The notes below the pieces were generated by a model. That model was given only the letters and a program-made list of their open reading frames with translations, did not search any database and was not told where the DNA came from. From Campylobacterota bacterium (GTDB lineage: Bacteria > Campylobacterota > Campylobacteria > Campylobacterales > Sulfurovaceae), in the NCBI GenBank assembly GCA_034722955.1, contig JAYEOM010000029.1:2275-21463 (forward strand): DNA of 19,189 nt, in the 5' to 3' direction. A program made the translations under genes and the position numbers. Positions 17,515 through 19,189 of this stretch are shown here, piece by piece. How positions within the stretch are numbered: the first letter of the stretch is position 1; every line of letters starts with the position of its first letter.

Positions 17515-18653
17515 AATATCTCCTCAAAAAGTTCTAATGCCCTAGATACGATATCATCCATATCATAGTACCTGTATTCAGCAAGTCTCCCTATAAGTAT
17601 AAGGTTCTCTATCTCTTGTGCTCTCATAGCATATCTCCTATATTTTTCTTGATCTTTTAGTCTAAAGAGTGGGTAGTAGGGTAGATTTTCTCCTCGTATG
17701 TATGGTTGTGGGTACTCCTTGAGGATAGTTGTATTTTCGGTCGTCACGGGGTGGATATGTTTGAACTCTGTAATGCGTGTAAAGTCATACTCATTGGGGT
17801 AGTTGATGACACTCTTGGCTTGATACCACTCTTTTGAAATGTATTCAAAATCGAGCCGAAGAGAACGGTAGTCAAGCGATCCGAAGCACTCATCAAAGAG
17901 CTCATCTATCATACCCGTGAATAGCAATTTTCCCCCAAAGGGCTCACCACGGTAATAGATCTGGTCGCCCTCTATTTTGATCTCACTCTGAAAGGGTGTA
18001 TCAAGAGAGAGGGCGATCAGAGGATGTGCCAATAGCCTTTCAAATAGAGCCGTATAGCCCTCATTTGGCAGCTGTTGATATCTATCTTGAAAGTAGCGGT
18101 TGTCCCTGCTGATATGGACAGGTACTCTCGCTGTGACATCGAGATCTATCTCTTCAGGTCTCATCCCCCACTGCTTGATGGTGTAGTTCAAAAAAACATT
18201 TTTGTAAATATAGTCACTAAGCTCCTTTAGGTCAGTATCATCTGTTTTTTGTAACTCCAGAATGGGTACTTTGTCTCCATAGCCATATCGCTCTATCAGT
18301 TTGGCTTCAAGCTTTTTGGCTCTCTCTTCAGGGAAAAGCATATCGATACTATTGAGGTTGAAAGGTATCGGTACCTCCCTCCCTTCGATAGATGCCAATA
18401 CTTCATGCTCATAAGATTCCCAATCAGTAAAATTGGATAGATAGTCAATGACAGCTCTGTTGTCTGTATGGAAAAGGTGGGGTCCATACTGATGTATGCG
18501 AATGCCATTGGTATCTATAGTATCAAAACAGTTACCCCCAATATGAGAGCGTTTTTCGATGATATTTACGCTTTTGCCTAGCAGAGTAGTGATCCGTTCC
18601 GCCATCACCGCCCCGGCAAATCCTGCACCTACTATTAGATAATCATACATCAC
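17511..18653 (-). CDS. glf: UDP-galactopyranose mutase
   Basis: YLIVGAGFAGAV FAD motif, HIGGNCFD, YGPHLFHT, YTIKQWG, YFQDRYQ, TRITEFKH, PYYP, GRLAEYRYYDMD. Start is GTG 18653 or ATG 18650. Confidence 0.96.
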   Translation of the reverse strand: MMYDYLIVGAGFAGAVMAERITTLLGKSVNIIEKRSHIGGNCFDTIDTNGIRIHQYGPHLFHTDNRAVIDYLSNFTDWESYEHEVLASIEGREVPIPFNLNSIDMLFPEERAKKLEAKLIERYGYGDKVPILELQKTDDTDLKELSDYIYKNVFLNYTIKQWGMRPEEIDLDVTARVPVHISRDNRYFQDRYQQLPNEGYTALFERLLAHPLIALSLDTPFQSEIKIEGDQIYYRGEPFGGKLLFTGMIDELFDECFGSLDYRSLRLDFEYISKEWYQAKSVINYPNEYDFTRITEFKHIHPVTTENTTILKEYPQPYIRGENLPYYPLFRLKDQEKYRRYAMRAQEIENLILIGRLAEYRYYDMDDIVSRALELFEEIF

Positions 18654-18865
18654 TACTCAACCTTTTGGTAGATTACTTCTACTGTATTATGAGATAAATT
18701 ATAGGGTTTTATGGCTTTGAATAAGGTTGCTACTACTCTTTTCATAACTAGATGTCAAAGGCAATACTCTATCCAACGCTTCATTTATGATTTTTTTCCT
18801 TGTCAAGTCTTAAAAATACGCTAAAGCCCCTGCTGTAGAAGACCGACTCGTTTGTATTTTTTATC

Positions 18866-19189
18866 TCAGCTCAAATACTTGTCTATAAAATCCAAACTGG
18901 ACATCAGCATCATGCTATCACTGTAGAAATCTTTATCATTGGTGATGATCATATCACATTTAAATTTTTGGGCACAAATATACTGCAAATTATCTTCGAG
19001 ATCGTTATTTGGGATCTGCAGTGCACTCCCCATAGTCTCGTTGGAGCCGCCAACTACTTGAAATACCCTGTTGATCAATACGAGAAACTCTTGCAGATCC
19101 TTCACCTGTTTTTGAGCAATATAGTCGATATTTAAAACAGTGATATCCAAAATCACACCTTCATATATCTTTTTTTCTATGGCGTTAAA
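18866..19189 (-). CDS. PIN-domain (VapC-like) protein, 5' end outside the window
   Basis: The frame stays open from 19189 (FNAIEKKIYEGVILDIT…). C-terminal PIN motif DLEDNLQYICA…CDMIITNDKDF. Confidence 0.78.
   Translation of the reverse strand, partial: FNAIEKKIYEGVILDITVLNIDYIAQKQVKDLQEFLVLINRVFQVVGGSNETMGSALQIPNNDLEDNLQYICAQKFKCDMIITNDKDFYSDSMMLMSSLDFIDKYLS

Overview
Bacterial chromosomal window from a Campylobacterota (epsilonproteobacterial) genome, most likely Sulfurovum-like. This is inferred from the tig-clpP-def-comM / divergent folE synteny, the nifS-nifU Fe-S system, a PglB-type oligosaccharyltransferase, AAGGA RBSs and extended -10 promoters. The left half is mostly housekeeping: partial hypothetical gene, Tat-exported DUF2202 protein, comM/yifB, def, clpP, tig, folE, nifS, nifU, a thioredoxin-fold protein, a PqiA-like protein and suhB. 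The right half is accessory and surface-related: degenerate GGDEF protein, two divergent type IV pilin-like genes, a stand-alone STT3/PglB, a convergent glf - DUF4422 - WbaP-type operon, and a partial PIN-domain gene. Main observations: (1) a candidate dedicated pilin N-glycosylation locus whose PglB lacks the Arg that enforces the acidic -2 sequon rule, next to galactofuranose glycan genes; (2) a 292-bp MITE-like element with 31-bp TIRs, a TTA duplication and Y-shaped internal symmetry with complementary loops, which rewrote the GGDEF C-terminus; (3) a second related element; (4) near-identical inverted 5' ends of the pilin pair; (5) three apparently leaderless genes; (6) an IscR-like operator before nifS. 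All family calls are by eye from motifs, and no database search was run.
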